A stretch of 64,000 bases of DNA from Candidatus Thalassarchaeaceae archaeon (GCA_030747485.1 JASLKP010000003.1:20309-84308), one strand, 5' to 3'. Counted from the stretch's first letter, positions 8,130-18,581 are shown. The notes: a model not told the origin generated them from the sequence alone. Translations and numbers: made by a program.

Positions 8130-9461
8130 ATGGGCGCGCCCGAAGACGATACGCCCGTAGATGCCATCTTGGATGATATTGTTGAGAGTGAAATCGTTGA
8201 AGATGATGGTGGTGAAATTGAGGTCTTAGATGCCTATTCATTCCCTGAGAAAAATCCACAATTCTATGACGAATTACCAAGTGATTTAAACGACCCTTGG
8301 GAACAGATGACGATTGAAAAATATCGTGAAATGGGTCAAAATTTAGGAGTGAGACATCAAAAAATTCAGTTTAAAGGTGGCAAGGAAAAGTTACGAATGT
8401 GGAAAAAATCCTATGTCGACAGGCCAAAAAATGACCAGCGCGGTTGGGTTTTGAGAGCACCAGGACCCACGTATTGGGACCGAGGAGACAAGTATGCACC
8501 CGATGATGAAGGGATAATTCTTGAACACCCTTCAAGGGTTGGGACACCGACCCCACAAATGATTACGGGGACCACAATCATGGCTATTCTTGCCATTCCG
8601 CTGTCATATGTCATCGTATCCATAGGAATTGCCATTCCGTGGACAGGTGAAGATGGTGATGGAATGAAAATTGCGATGATGTTCGGTCCGTTATTTTTGG
8701 CCATCTGTTGGTTGGTTCAATCATTGAAAGAGGGTAGAAGGATGAATGATACTCAACAACTACCCACGTCAAAGGTACGCTCAATTGCCATTGGAGAGGT
8801 CGAATTGGTTGGACAAGTCAGACGTTGGAAATCACCTGCTCCCTCCGTACAAATTGACACCATTCACCGTCATGCGAAAGATTTGCATTGTTGGAGATGG
8901 TTATATGACGTATACGTGGAAAAAACTGTGATGACTGATGACGGCCCTAGAACCACTTATTTTTGGAAAGATGTCAGAAACAAAAAGGGAGGGCATCCCT
9001 TTATTCTTCATGATGGGACTGGTGGCGTTTTGGTCCAACCGAAATCATTTGAGTATGTTGAATTAGGTGAGCACATTGTCAGTTGGACTGTTCCTGCAAA
9101 CAAGACTGCTATAGGATCCATTGGAAGAATTTTCAAAATTGCGACAGTGGGTGAAACGATTCTCAAACATCGTTGGACCCTATGGGGCCTTGCTCTTGGG
9201 GACCCGTGTTACACTATTGGGGTGGCCTCTTCGCGAACTGCAAAACAGATGAAAGGTGAAACATTCCAATCGAAACCAAATCATTCACTCATTGAAATCA
9301 CTGGTAAAGGAGCTGAGAAATATGAACCCAGATTAGAGCGAGGGACTGAATTGGCAATTTTATCCAAGGCCCTTAGCCAATTTGAGTACAATACCATTCC
9401 AGCATTAACTTGTGGAGGTGTATTTGTGATGACATTGATGGCATTCAATCTTGTTAGTTGA
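8130..9461 (+). CDS. GIDE-domain-like membrane protein (acidic N-terminal region, 2 TM, beta-rich domain, C-terminal TM)
   Basis: 443 aa. The segment LPTSKVRSIAIGEVELVGQVRR...CWRW...FILHDGTGGVLVQPKSFEYVELGEH matches my recollection of the prokaryotic GIDE (MUL1-like) domain pattern G.VE..G...C.....F.L.DgTG...V.p. TM helices are at ~148-200 and at the C-terminus (ALTCGGVFVMTLMAFNLV). Confidence 0.6.
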   Translation: MGAPEDDTPVDAILDDIVESEIVEDDGGEIEVLDAYSFPEKNPQFYDELPSDLNDPWEQMTIEKYREMGQNLGVRHQKIQFKGGKEKLRMWKKSYVDRPKNDQRGWVLRAPGPTYWDRGDKYAPDDEGIILEHPSRVGTPTPQMITGTTIMAILAIPLSYVIVSIGIAIPWTGEDGDGMKIAMMFGPLFLAICWLVQSLKEGRRMNDTQQLPTSKVRSIAIGEVELVGQVRRWKSPAPSVQIDTIHRHAKDLHCWRWLYDVYVEKTVMTDDGPRTTYFWKDVRNKKGGHPFILHDGTGGVLVQPKSFEYVELGEHIVSWTVPANKTAIGSIGRIFKIATVGETILKHRWTLWGLALGDPCYTIGVASSRTAKQMKGETFQSKPNHSLIEITGKGAEKYEPRLERGTELAILSKALSQFEYNTIPALTCGGVFVMTLMAFNLVS

Positions 9462-9661
9462 GGATTGTATCAGTTCGGCATAACATAGAAATCGTATCTG
9501 ACTTCAATATTGATGCGCAAAATGATGAACAGTTCAAAGCATTAGTAGATGAAATCCAACAATATCTATCCCAACCTAACCCCAATGCGAAAGAACTCAT
9601 AGAGATATTCAGCAATTGGAAACAATCGGGAAAATATGACCCGTTTGCTAAACCTGATTGA
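9458..9661 (+). CDS. Small hypothetical protein (67 aa)
   Basis: TTG start overlapping the stop of the preceding gene. Acidic and helical-looking, with no recognised family. It could be non-coding. Confidence 0.3.
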   Translation: MRIVSVRHNIEIVSDFNIDAQNDEQFKALVDEIQQYLSQPNPNAKELIEIFSNWKQSGKYDPFAKPD

Positions 9662-9671
9662 TTCTTGAAGA

Positions 9672-11876
9672 TTATTCTTCACCATCTGTCGGCTGTTGAC
9701 TCAAATGGGTAAACGAGAGGAATGTTGCTAACAATACAGACAAGAAAATGCTGATTGCCAGTAATTGTCCAGTATCTCGTGCAAGTGGGAATTTTGCAAA
9801 ACCGACCATTGCGAACACGGAAATCGATGTGAGGGCCGCCCCCCATCTTGCTGTAGTGTCTAAACGAGTCGGGGGATGATCAGCACTAGCGTGTGACAAA
9901 TAATCGGCAGTAAAGCCCATTCCAAGCAATACTGCGGGGGCAGTATTTACGCCGCGTCCACCAAGTAGCGTGGCCATACCATCGATAGCACCACCAATCG
10001 CAATGCATCCAATCGCAATTCTTGCAGCTCGAATGGGGGAACCTAAGACTGCAAATGAAACCAAGAAAATGGCAACACCAGCGGATATGATTTGGGCAAT
10101 TCTACCCGATTCAAAGGTTCGAGCATGTTCTGCACCCACTGGCAAATCTCCTCCAACATCTCCACTGATGTCATTGTCTACAAGCAATTGTTTTGCATCA
10201 TCATAGAATGCCAAAGCAGCATCAGTATCCTGTCCATCAATGAATACGGCAATCGAGACACCCGTTGTGACGCCACTTTTCTGTAGCCGGGCATCTTCAA
10301 TCAAAAGAGAACCTGTGTGTGTCTCAGAAATTAGATCGATTGTAGGTGCATCATACTCACCATCTGAATGCGGCATCCCGATAATCATCGGTGTTCTGAA
10401 TAAGCCAGTATCCAGAGAAATGACGCTCGGATGGGTTCCAAGTTGTTGTTGTAAATCTTGAACCATCTCAAAATCCTCAGTAGAATTTCCATCCACATCG
10501 ACGACAATCCATGCAGAAGCACTTGAGGCGAGGACATACTTGGATTGCAACTCTTCCATCTCATCAAGAGCAGGGTCATCTTCGGGAAGGAATTTTGAGA
10601 TCTCAATCACTTCAACGCCTGGTGGAGCAGAGACTGCAACAGCTGCCAGTAATAGCAACCCAATAGGCCACATCCATGCCAATGATTTGTTGGTTGTAAT
10701 CGGTTTGGATTGGATGTTCAACTCAAGTTTTTCTCTACGTTTCAAATAGACGTCTTCAAGCAAATATCGTGTCACTATCCAATCCAAAATAATGCCAATC
10801 GCCATCACCAATCCAAGTGAACGATGTGCACGCATTGGAGAAAATAATGACAACGAAACCGCTGCAATTGTGGTCATCATGGCTAGAAATAGCATGTCGC
10901 GTACTTCATGACGTTCACGTGATGACCTAGAATACCAGAATGCTCCATCAACAGCCACGCCCATGATGATTGGAATGGCAATCGTATCAATCACAGAGAA
11001 TTGGAAACCCAATGCTGAGAGTAATCCCAATTCAGCAGTAAGGACAAGCCCCACACCGCCAAGTGTAAACAGGGCAGTCAATGGATCACGTAAGCCAATT
11101 GTCAGGATGGCGCCCAATACTAACATTGCAGGGAGTAAAACGAACTTGATATCATCAACAGCGATTTGCTTGGCTTTGGCGAACATCATGTTCATCCCAA
11201 CGGCTGAAAATTCAAATTCAGTATTCTCACTAACCTTGTCGGCCCATTCACCTAAGGCTGCCCAATCAATATTCATATTATCCTCATCTTCCAACCATAC
11301 CAACCACAAAATCTCAGTCGCAACAGGCGCTAGGCTGCTTGAACTTCCCTCAAATGCTGGACAAGCAACATTCAATGTGGCTTCTTTTGGCAACATCAGT
11401 AACGTTGATTCAAACGCTGCCCGCTCCTCATCAGTTGATGCATTTCCACACCAACCATTGGGAATGGATGGATTCAACACATCACCAAAATATTCGGCAT
11501 CCTTCAAAGAACGGTTGCGTGATGAAAATGCATCATCCCACGCTTGGAATGGAGATTCTATTCTCGCAATTTGAACATCATCTCGGTCCCATGATGTGTT
11601 TGGATTGGAACCATCCAATACTTCTTGTTCAATTTGCATCAATGATTGAACCAAGTCAATGTCATTGGTTAATTGCCCCCCGTCATCATGTCGTATACGC
11701 AATATAAGCAAGGAACTCCCTTGAGCGACAATCGCTTCTTCTTTGACACGCTGGTCCACTTCATCATCGAAAATGACTTCTGTGGACATGGCAAGTTCAA
11801 CTGGATAGAACGCGAGAAGCCCTGCACAAATTAGCAATCCCGCTACAAGGGAAATGCGTGCCTGTTCAGGGGTCAT
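9672..11876 (-). CDS. RND-superfamily / MMPL-like exporter (COG1033-type)
   Basis: 734 aa with two hydrophobic bundles, each preceded by a large extracytoplasmic loop. Paired motifs IIMGVAVDGAFWY and LGMGFTADYLSH are typical of MMPL/RND-type exporters. Confidence 0.8.
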   Translation of the reverse strand: MTPEQARISLVAGLLICAGLLAFYPVELAMSTEVIFDDEVDQRVKEEAIVAQGSSLLILRIRHDDGGQLTNDIDLVQSLMQIEQEVLDGSNPNTSWDRDDVQIARIESPFQAWDDAFSSRNRSLKDAEYFGDVLNPSIPNGWCGNASTDEERAAFESTLLMLPKEATLNVACPAFEGSSSSLAPVATEILWLVWLEDEDNMNIDWAALGEWADKVSENTEFEFSAVGMNMMFAKAKQIAVDDIKFVLLPAMLVLGAILTIGLRDPLTALFTLGGVGLVLTAELGLLSALGFQFSVIDTIAIPIIMGVAVDGAFWYSRSSRERHEVRDMLFLAMMTTIAAVSLSLFSPMRAHRSLGLVMAIGIILDWIVTRYLLEDVYLKRREKLELNIQSKPITTNKSLAWMWPIGLLLLAAVAVSAPPGVEVIEISKFLPEDDPALDEMEELQSKYVLASSASAWIVVDVDGNSTEDFEMVQDLQQQLGTHPSVISLDTGLFRTPMIIGMPHSDGEYDAPTIDLISETHTGSLLIEDARLQKSGVTTGVSIAVFIDGQDTDAALAFYDDAKQLLVDNDISGDVGGDLPVGAEHARTFESGRIAQIISAGVAIFLVSFAVLGSPIRAARIAIGCIAIGGAIDGMATLLGGRGVNTAPAVLLGMGFTADYLSHASADHPPTRLDTTARWGAALTSISVFAMVGFAKFPLARDTGQLLAISIFLSVLLATFLSFTHLSQQPTDGEE

Positions 11877-11906
11877 GTTGACACCCGTACATGTGATTCT
11901 TGGTGA

Positions 11907-14900
11907 TTATTGCCATTCATTCCACTTGCCTGAAGATGGATCACGCCACCACCAAGCACCGCTATTATCGGGATATTCGACGACTTCGTATCCATCACGC
12001 ATCTCACCTTTGATTCCGGGTGGAGGGCCACCTGGCGCATTACTAGCAAACATTTCATTTGAAGGATCAATTTCATCATGACCCCACATGTCTTCTTCTC
12101 GTTCACGACGACCGCGCATGAATAGAAGGACTGCACCACCAACAAGGGCCGTTCCGATGATGGAACCAACGACGATCATGAGTGTGCCCATCGATGAATC
12201 GGAACTAGCTGAACTGCTTTCATCCCCATCGCCTTGTCCTGAATCAGTTTCGTTATTGACTGGCGGTGTTGTGTTGTTGTCGACTGGTTGTGTGTTGTTG
12301 TCGTCAGGGCCGTAGGTGCAGGACTCATCGTCAACGGTAGCATTAGCATTGTAGTTGTTGGCACTATCATCCATGCAACCTAGTACATCATCTGGCTCAC
12401 CATTTGGTGTTTCATCCGCATTATCGCCAATGCCATCTCCATCGGTATCCTTCCATTCATTGGGGTCCAACGGGAAGGCGTCCAAATCATCGGGAGTACC
12501 GTCACCATCTGTATCACTTGGTAGCGGATCTCCACCACCGGTTTCAGTACCGTCCTCAGTCACAACAATGGTAATTTCAGCAGGATTGTACATGCCACCA
12601 GAAACTCGTACGACAATGGTGCCAATCGTGACACCAAATTCGACTTGGCCATTGTTGTCTGTGATCAAACCGTATAGAGTCACATTGTCTCTAACCAATG
12701 TTGCAGACAAATCTCTGACTGGTTGGTTGTCCTCATTAAGGGCTGTAATCTGAACAACATCACCTGGCATTGGGTTTGCTGGGCTAAATGTCAATGTCAA
12801 GTTCTGTAGAACGGGTGGTTCGGGATTGGGTTCAGCGACTTGTGAATCAAGTGCTGAAACCATTGAGGCGCTTTCTCCCTGTCCAACTTGAGCAATGGCC
12901 AAAACTGTGTATTCATCCTGTGGTGCAGAAAGAATAGGCAGTGTCAAATCAGCACTTGAGCCCAAGCCCCATGCCACAGAATCGAGGGCACCTAGGAAAT
13001 CATCTAGTAAGTCGAAGATTTCAGATTCAGTCATCTCTTCATCACTTAAACAAATCTTGTTGTTCTCCATTTGTACTGACCATTCTTCGGGAATATACTC
13101 TACCTGAGTCTCACCGCCGGTGATACCAGTGAGCGTATACATCCCGGCTTCAAGATTGAAATTGGCATGGTGACTAGATTCCCATTCTTCCTTGAACCAA
13201 TCTGAGGTCGGAGTCACCTCGTTGCCTTCGCTATCCGTTAGAACGATGTTGGAGGGATCATAATCAGGGCCACTGTAGGTGAATTCGTTGTACTCAACTC
13301 TCACTTTCATTCGGACATTGCTTTGCTGTCCGTCGTCCCAACGTTCCTCGTGCCATCCTTCAAATTCTTCACATAGATTCTGCAAATCCTCTTCTGCAGC
13401 AATCCAACCAATTTCTGGTCGGAGGGCTTCACTATACAATAATTCAGAGAATGCTGGTAAATCCAGAGTTGCCGCATCAAATCCGACTTCCGGTGCTGCA
13501 ATGGCTAGGATACGTGATGCTGGCCCAACATCATCATTCAGTGCGATATTGGTGGTCTGACCAGGGCCGAGGGTGCCAGTCATTTCGAGGGCACTGGGTG
13601 AATTGAGTAAAAATCCAATATGTAATGCAGAGGGCCACATCTGCTCTTCGTCTTCCATGACTGCAACAGCAATCAATGAAATTGGTGCGTTAATACGCAT
13701 CTCCTGAGTACGGGCAGTATCACCTTGCTGGAATTCCAATTCATACTCGCCACCCGATTCAGACCAAACACTCTCATCAATATCTGGGAACGGAATCGAA
13801 AGGTCAAGGGGCTGAACCATTAACATCGCCGTATATTCATCCGATTCAATGCCCGTTGGTGTGACACTGATCGTGGTCAAACCGTTGGTATCTGGTGTCA
13901 CAGAATAGACAGGTAATCCAGCGAATGTGGTCTCTTGGTACAAATCACCTAAGGAGACTGATGCCTCGGTGACAGCCACCAAATTGAGACCTACACCCGT
14001 CATCACTTCACCATCAGATAAGGTGACTTTCGATTGTACGATACTCACATACACACCTGGTAAGGATGGAGTTGTGGTCATACTCACCATTCCATCAGCA
14101 TCAGATGTGAATAGTCTCTCATCCATGACTTCTAGAGGTCCGTCTGTGATGAATCCATCAATGATTTGTGGAGATGGAGTGAATGATGTGCTGTAATCAA
14201 GATCGCACCATCCCTGATAGGTCCACTCTCGGTATTCTTCTTCTCCGAACATGTATCCATGATGTGATTTGTAAGTGAAGTGATGTTCAACGGTTTGAGA
14301 ATTTTCATCCGTGTATCGAACTGTAATATGATGTTCATTGGCCTCTTCCCATGATTCGCTATAATCGTGAGAAATCCAACCTTCATCTCGATGGTCTTCT
14401 GGTGAATTTGTGTGAGTCCATGAATGACCATCACCCCAATCAATTTCGATTTCGTTTAGTTCAGGTTTCTCATACTCAATTCGTTCACGATCTTCGTCAC
14501 CATCAATATAGAAATGGGCGTAGCGATATCCGATGTTTGCAGTTGAATCATATGAACTCGCTTCAGTTCTAGCACATCCACTTGAACCCGGTAGGGGAAC
14601 AACTTGTTCAAATTCAAACTCTAGACCTGTGTCCACTGTGCCAGATGTTGAAACAAAAGCAAGGCCTCCCTCTTCAGGTAGTTCACTATTGGCGGCCCAA
14701 TATGACCCCATTCCTGAAATTTCGAGCTCACCATCCCACATTTGTGGATGGGGGCCATCATGGTCCTCGTGTTCCTCATCATACGCATAGATATTGGCCG
14801 TGACGTCACCATCCAAATCACTACCACCGTACTGTCCTGTGATTTGGTTGGAAGTCAACACCAATTCGACTTCGCCTTCCGGTGAGAATTGCGCAAAGGC

Positions 14901-17000
14901 CTGCTCTGCTTGTTGCGGTGAGACGCGGACGATTGCAATGTCGATATCTGCACCCGCAACTGGGCCCGATGAATCATATGACAACGCATCAAGAGTAAAT
15001 GGCCCATTGACCAAAGTGGTTTCATCTTGGTCAACCAATACACCGACTGCGGATACGATAAAAATCTCATCCATTCCTTCCCAAACGTTCGCCTCTAACA
15101 ACCCAGGACGTAATTCTTCAATTCTGAGTTCGGCACGTTCAATCTGACAACCATCTTCTGCACAATCTGGAACGTAATCTGCCATCGGTTGTGTGAACGC
15201 CCAAATCGCATCATCAATGTGATTGGCCGTCAATCTACCGATGTACTTGTGGCGGTCATTGTCATCTTGTTCAAGAACAGTATTGACTGTCTCTCCGTGA
15301 TTATTGTTCATACTCATGGTGAATTGGCTAGGATAATCATCGTCATCCCATGGACCCCAAAAATTGAGTTCAACAGAAAGATCGAGTACATTGGGATGAT
15401 AGAAAGATGTGCGGACATTGTACAACTCATCGAAGATGACTCGATTCTCTCCTTCGCCACCTTCAGTTCCCTCGTCTTCTTCATCACCTTCTGGATACCA
15501 TTCCATTTCTCTGTTGATTGATGCGTTTTCAATCCATTCAACAAACTCACCGGCCTTGGTACCAACATTTTCCCAAATCGGTTCACTGAAGGTATCGACG
15601 ACATGATTGATGCAATCCTCAGGAAGAGTGTTGAAATCATCGAAAGCGTCATTCACGTATGATGACGTAGAAGATGATTCCATTTTTGCTGTCCATGCTT
15701 GTCCTTCTGCAGTTTCCATCAATTTCTCATATTGCCAGATAATTTGGTCTGGAATCTCATCGCCATCGGTGTCCTGAATATCCGGTTCATCAAGGTAATC
15801 AGCCATTTCGACCCATCGAACGATAAGCTGTTGGAAGGGAGTCATATTCTCGAAATCACCATTCAACAGTGGTTCAAGGTAGGAGATCATTCCATCAATG
15901 ATGGCCTCAGGATGCCCAGATACTGCAAGTAATGCGATATTGTGCATCACGGTTTGAGTGGACTCTAGCAGTTTGGTATTGTTTGCTAGGTTGTTGAGTG
16001 CCTCTTCAAGTGCAAGCCATTCATCACTACCAAGCATTGCATTGTACGCGGCTTCGAAATCATCAGTGCCTGCAAAACGAGTGAAATTTTCGATGGGGTC
16101 GAACATCATCATGTAATCAATCATTTCATCGAAATCTGTGAATGTTCGCGGTAGTGGGAACTCATTCATGTAGGTCAACAAACCGGTGAGTAATGCCATA
16201 CTGGCATCCACATCTTCAGAATCTAGGAAATCCATGAGAGTTTCAAGGAAATTGGCACCTGCAGACATGTTGTACTGGTTGTGGCCTGCATCAATCATGG
16301 CATACCACAATTGCTGGCTTCCACCAGAACCTTGGCCTTCTCTGGCTGTAGCGACGAATGCGGACCAGCCACCGGCGCTAGTCGCCAAGGTTTCAAGAGC
16401 ATCAAATTCACCCTTAATCGGCATGGTTGGATTTGCAGAATCCCATGCATTGTCAAGCGCTTGCATGACCTTCTCAAACTCTTCACGAAGTAGTTCGCTC
16501 AATTGAGTAGGATCATCAGTTGCACGGAGATTGCCATCTTCAGCGGTAATGCTCGCACCATATACGCCACCTAGCGCGTTCACTGGAATTGTGTAGGTAC
16601 CTCGCCAGGTCATCGTATTGGAATCATCCTCATGTGGACCGTCCTGAACGAGTACGATTGTGTCCACATAACTACCAGCATCGGGCAATGATGCTGAGGT
16701 CATGATTTCGATTGGGTCAATATCGTATCGCAGAATATCTGCTGTGACAATGGTATTACTGCTATGTCCTCTGGTTAGGGACATAATTTCGACTTCTGAG
16801 CCAACGCTAGCATACTTCGTGGTGACGAATCCATCGACACTCAGGGTATCCCCCGTGGCCCGGTCATTTGGGGACACAATTGTTGCCACAACTGGTGACA
16901 AGGTCATGCTCAACATCAGAACTGCAATCAATACAGGTGTGCGCTTCATAACCGCGCGTGCGCGTGAGAGGTAATTATCGGTTTTGTGTATTGACTTCAC
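11907..17000 (-). CDS. Giant cell-surface protein (1697 aa): signal peptide, PKD-like and Ig-like domains, TSP3 Ca-binding repeats, C-terminal TM anchor and short cytoplasmic tail
   Basis: Long uninterrupted ORF. The signal is MKRTPVLIAVLMLSMTLSPVVA, and ATG at 16949 may be the true start, since 17000 is GTG. Domain cues: PKD-like IDWGDGHSWTH...HITVRYTDENSQ, Ig/CarboxypepD-like PGDVVQITALNEDNQPV...GQVEFGV, and TSP3 repeats DTDGDGTPDDLDAFPLDPNEWKDTDGDGIGDNAD. There is also a Cys motif GCMDDSANNYNANATVDDESCTY, an N/T/S-rich stalk and the TM helix LMIVVGSIIGTALVGGAVLLF. Confidence 0.85.
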   Translation of the reverse strand: MKSIHKTDNYLSRARAVMKRTPVLIAVLMLSMTLSPVVATIVSPNDRATGDTLSVDGFVTTKYASVGSEVEIMSLTRGHSSNTIVTADILRYDIDPIEIMTSASLPDAGSYVDTIVLVQDGPHEDDSNTMTWRGTYTIPVNALGGVYGASITAEDGNLRATDDPTQLSELLREEFEKVMQALDNAWDSANPTMPIKGEFDALETLATSAGGWSAFVATAREGQGSGGSQQLWYAMIDAGHNQYNMSAGANFLETLMDFLDSEDVDASMALLTGLLTYMNEFPLPRTFTDFDEMIDYMMMFDPIENFTRFAGTDDFEAAYNAMLGSDEWLALEEALNNLANNTKLLESTQTVMHNIALLAVSGHPEAIIDGMISYLEPLLNGDFENMTPFQQLIVRWVEMADYLDEPDIQDTDGDEIPDQIIWQYEKLMETAEGQAWTAKMESSSTSSYVNDAFDDFNTLPEDCINHVVDTFSEPIWENVGTKAGEFVEWIENASINREMEWYPEGDEEDEGTEGGEGENRVIFDELYNVRTSFYHPNVLDLSVELNFWGPWDDDDYPSQFTMSMNNNHGETVNTVLEQDDNDRHKYIGRLTANHIDDAIWAFTQPMADYVPDCAEDGCQIERAELRIEELRPGLLEANVWEGMDEIFIVSAVGVLVDQDETTLVNGPFTLDALSYDSSGPVAGADIDIAIVRVSPQQAEQAFAQFSPEGEVELVLTSNQITGQYGGSDLDGDVTANIYAYDEEHEDHDGPHPQMWDGELEISGMGSYWAANSELPEEGGLAFVSTSGTVDTGLEFEFEQVVPLPGSSGCARTEASSYDSTANIGYRYAHFYIDGDEDRERIEYEKPELNEIEIDWGDGHSWTHTNSPEDHRDEGWISHDYSESWEEANEHHITVRYTDENSQTVEHHFTYKSHHGYMFGEEEYREWTYQGWCDLDYSTSFTPSPQIIDGFITDGPLEVMDERLFTSDADGMVSMTTTPSLPGVYVSIVQSKVTLSDGEVMTGVGLNLVAVTEASVSLGDLYQETTFAGLPVYSVTPDTNGLTTISVTPTGIESDEYTAMLMVQPLDLSIPFPDIDESVWSESGGEYELEFQQGDTARTQEMRINAPISLIAVAVMEDEEQMWPSALHIGFLLNSPSALEMTGTLGPGQTTNIALNDDVGPASRILAIAAPEVGFDAATLDLPAFSELLYSEALRPEIGWIAAEEDLQNLCEEFEGWHEERWDDGQQSNVRMKVRVEYNEFTYSGPDYDPSNIVLTDSEGNEVTPTSDWFKEEWESSHHANFNLEAGMYTLTGITGGETQVEYIPEEWSVQMENNKICLSDEEMTESEIFDLLDDFLGALDSVAWGLGSSADLTLPILSAPQDEYTVLAIAQVGQGESASMVSALDSQVAEPNPEPPVLQNLTLTFSPANPMPGDVVQITALNEDNQPVRDLSATLVRDNVTLYGLITDNNGQVEFGVTIGTIVVRVSGGMYNPAEITIVVTEDGTETGGGDPLPSDTDGDGTPDDLDAFPLDPNEWKDTDGDGIGDNADETPNGEPDDVLGCMDDSANNYNANATVDDESCTYGPDDNNTQPVDNNTTPPVNNETDSGQGDGDESSSASSDSSMGTLMIVVGSIIGTALVGGAVLLFMRGRREREEDMWGHDEIDPSNEMFASNAPGGPPPGIKGEMRDGYEVVEYPDNSGAWWWRDPSSGKWNEWQ

Positions 17001-17009
17001 AACGAGCGA

Positions 17010-18053
17010 TTAAGAAATCATGACACCCAGTTGTAATTCTCCATCATGATTCGTCAATGATGCACAACCACGATTTGAGTAATCTGCCTCACTCCAAATT
17101 CCATCATTAAGAAAGAATCCCACTGATGGAAGCGCTAGAGCATCCAACCAATTGCTCATCGGTGCGATCATGAAATCATCGGTTTCAGAAATCATCCAAG
17201 ATTTAGAGGAAAGCAAATCTTCGTTAGTACTTTGACACCATGGAGATGTGTGATTGACTTCATTGCCAAGATTCAATGAATCGCGAAAATTTCCAATTTT
17301 GCTAGGTGTTTCGTTGGTCAGTGGCATTGAACTCGATTGTTGACTCCAAGCACTAGGATGTGCGATGGTTTCTGGTGTGGATACTGGTTCGCGAATAGAC
17401 ATCAATTCAATATCACTACTAGGGAATCCTTTGCATCGAAAACTGTTGGGTAAACATCCCTCAGCATTCAGAGAATGATTGAGTAATGATTCGACGAAGA
17501 TCCAAGGGCCCGTGCGACTTTCATTGCCATCTTCAATCTCAATGAATGAGGCTCGATATCGATGTTCAGGTGCCCATCGAGGTGGGTCGTGAACGATGAT
17601 GAGGTCCCAGCGTTCAGAAAGATCTCCAGCAGTCCAATCAACGATTAACCACTCTCTACTGATGAGTGAATCTTTGACGTGTTCACTCAGATGCGTGATG
17701 TTGAGAGTACCCTCAATTCGAGTGAGGGGGCCAGATAAACCTGTGACAAGGATAGTACCATTCATCTGTATTCCTTGAGGAATGGTGGTACAATCTCCAC
17801 AACCATCACTGATGATATTGCGGCTATCCATTTCGATTTCAGCCACGGCGACATTGGTGTGATAACTATCATCCAAGCCAATCATCTCTAAGGATGCCTC
17901 GGTGTTGAATCCCATTGTACCAGTAATGTGTGTCACTTCAAGTTCCGGTCCATTGTCAACATCTGGTTCAACAGAGATACTGAAAACGGCAACAACGACG
18001 ATGGTCAGAATCAACCATTCAATCACCGATGACTTGTTTCCACTGATGTCCAC
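17010..18053 (-). CDS. Hypothetical N-terminally anchored extracytoplasmic protein
   Basis: 347 aa with N-terminal TM VIEWLILTIVVVAVFSI and several Cys. It lies 9 nt upstream of the giant gene on the same strand. Confidence 0.65.
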   Translation of the reverse strand: MDISGNKSSVIEWLILTIVVVAVFSISVEPDVDNGPELEVTHITGTMGFNTEASLEMIGLDDSYHTNVAVAEIEMDSRNIISDGCGDCTTIPQGIQMNGTILVTGLSGPLTRIEGTLNITHLSEHVKDSLISREWLIVDWTAGDLSERWDLIIVHDPPRWAPEHRYRASFIEIEDGNESRTGPWIFVESLLNHSLNAEGCLPNSFRCKGFPSSDIELMSIREPVSTPETIAHPSAWSQQSSSMPLTNETPSKIGNFRDSLNLGNEVNHTSPWCQSTNEDLLSSKSWMISETDDFMIAPMSNWLDALALPSVGFFLNDGIWSEADYSNRGCASLTNHDGELQLGVMIS

Positions 18054-18103
18054 GTCCGTCCGAATCGACTCGGCTTGAAGGAATTAACCCGAAGAAATGT
18101 GAA

Positions 18104-18577
18104 TTAGATGTCGAATATGATTTGGCCGAACCAACCTGGCCCCTCAAAATCTGGAATATCTCCAACACCATGGATTAATTCACTCTCAGCGATGGCACGA
18201 CATTGCAATTCATGTCGTGTGACTGCTTTGATTTCCAATTCACGTTCAATTAAATTTGAATCCACCCAGGAAACTTGGGATTCTAATTCAAAATCATCAA
18301 TTCTAATCTGGCAATCGACAAGAAATCGACCTTCAACTTCACACTGGTACAAGATTTCCTCCAACCAACGAACCAGCGTCAGGTCCTCACGATTTGGAAT
18401 TGCCTCAATCCGCCACTGACTTGTGTGTCGAATATGAGAATGTAGATCCTTTTCGGCTTGTTCAGACATTACAATACTCTGCAACCCTTTGGCACATTCT
18501 TCCATCAGATGTGGTGCTGATTTAGCAAACACAGTGATGCCAATATCAGCTGTAGTAGGCAGAACCCACCAACTCAT
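18104..18577 (-). CDS. Archease (RtcB/tRNA-ligase activator family)
   Basis: From Met69 of the track ORF: MSWWVLPTTADIGITVFAKS..., EDLTLVRWLEEILY, EIKAVTRHEL, ending IIFDI. This aligns by eye with Pyrococcus archease (HTADIGI..., VKAITYH..., ...PDI). ATG 18577 sits 4 nt after the upstream stop. The longer track ORF (to 18781) overlaps the kinase gene. Confidence 0.8.
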   Translation of the reverse strand: MSWWVLPTTADIGITVFAKSAPHLMEECAKGLQSIVMSEQAEKDLHSHIRHTSQWRIEAIPNREDLTLVRWLEEILYQCEVEGRFLVDCQIRIDDFELESQVSWVDSNLIERELEIKAVTRHELQCRAIAESELIHGVGDIPDFEGPGWFGQIIFDI

Positions 18578-18581
18578 GAAC

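Noticed and set aside
10963-11574. 203-aa plus-strand ORF inside the RND exporter gene, and many similar 60-130-aa ORFs inside the two giant genes
   Set aside because: All are antisense to or out of frame with long ORFs that carry recognisable domains. They are Ser/Pro/Asn-rich shadow ORFs.
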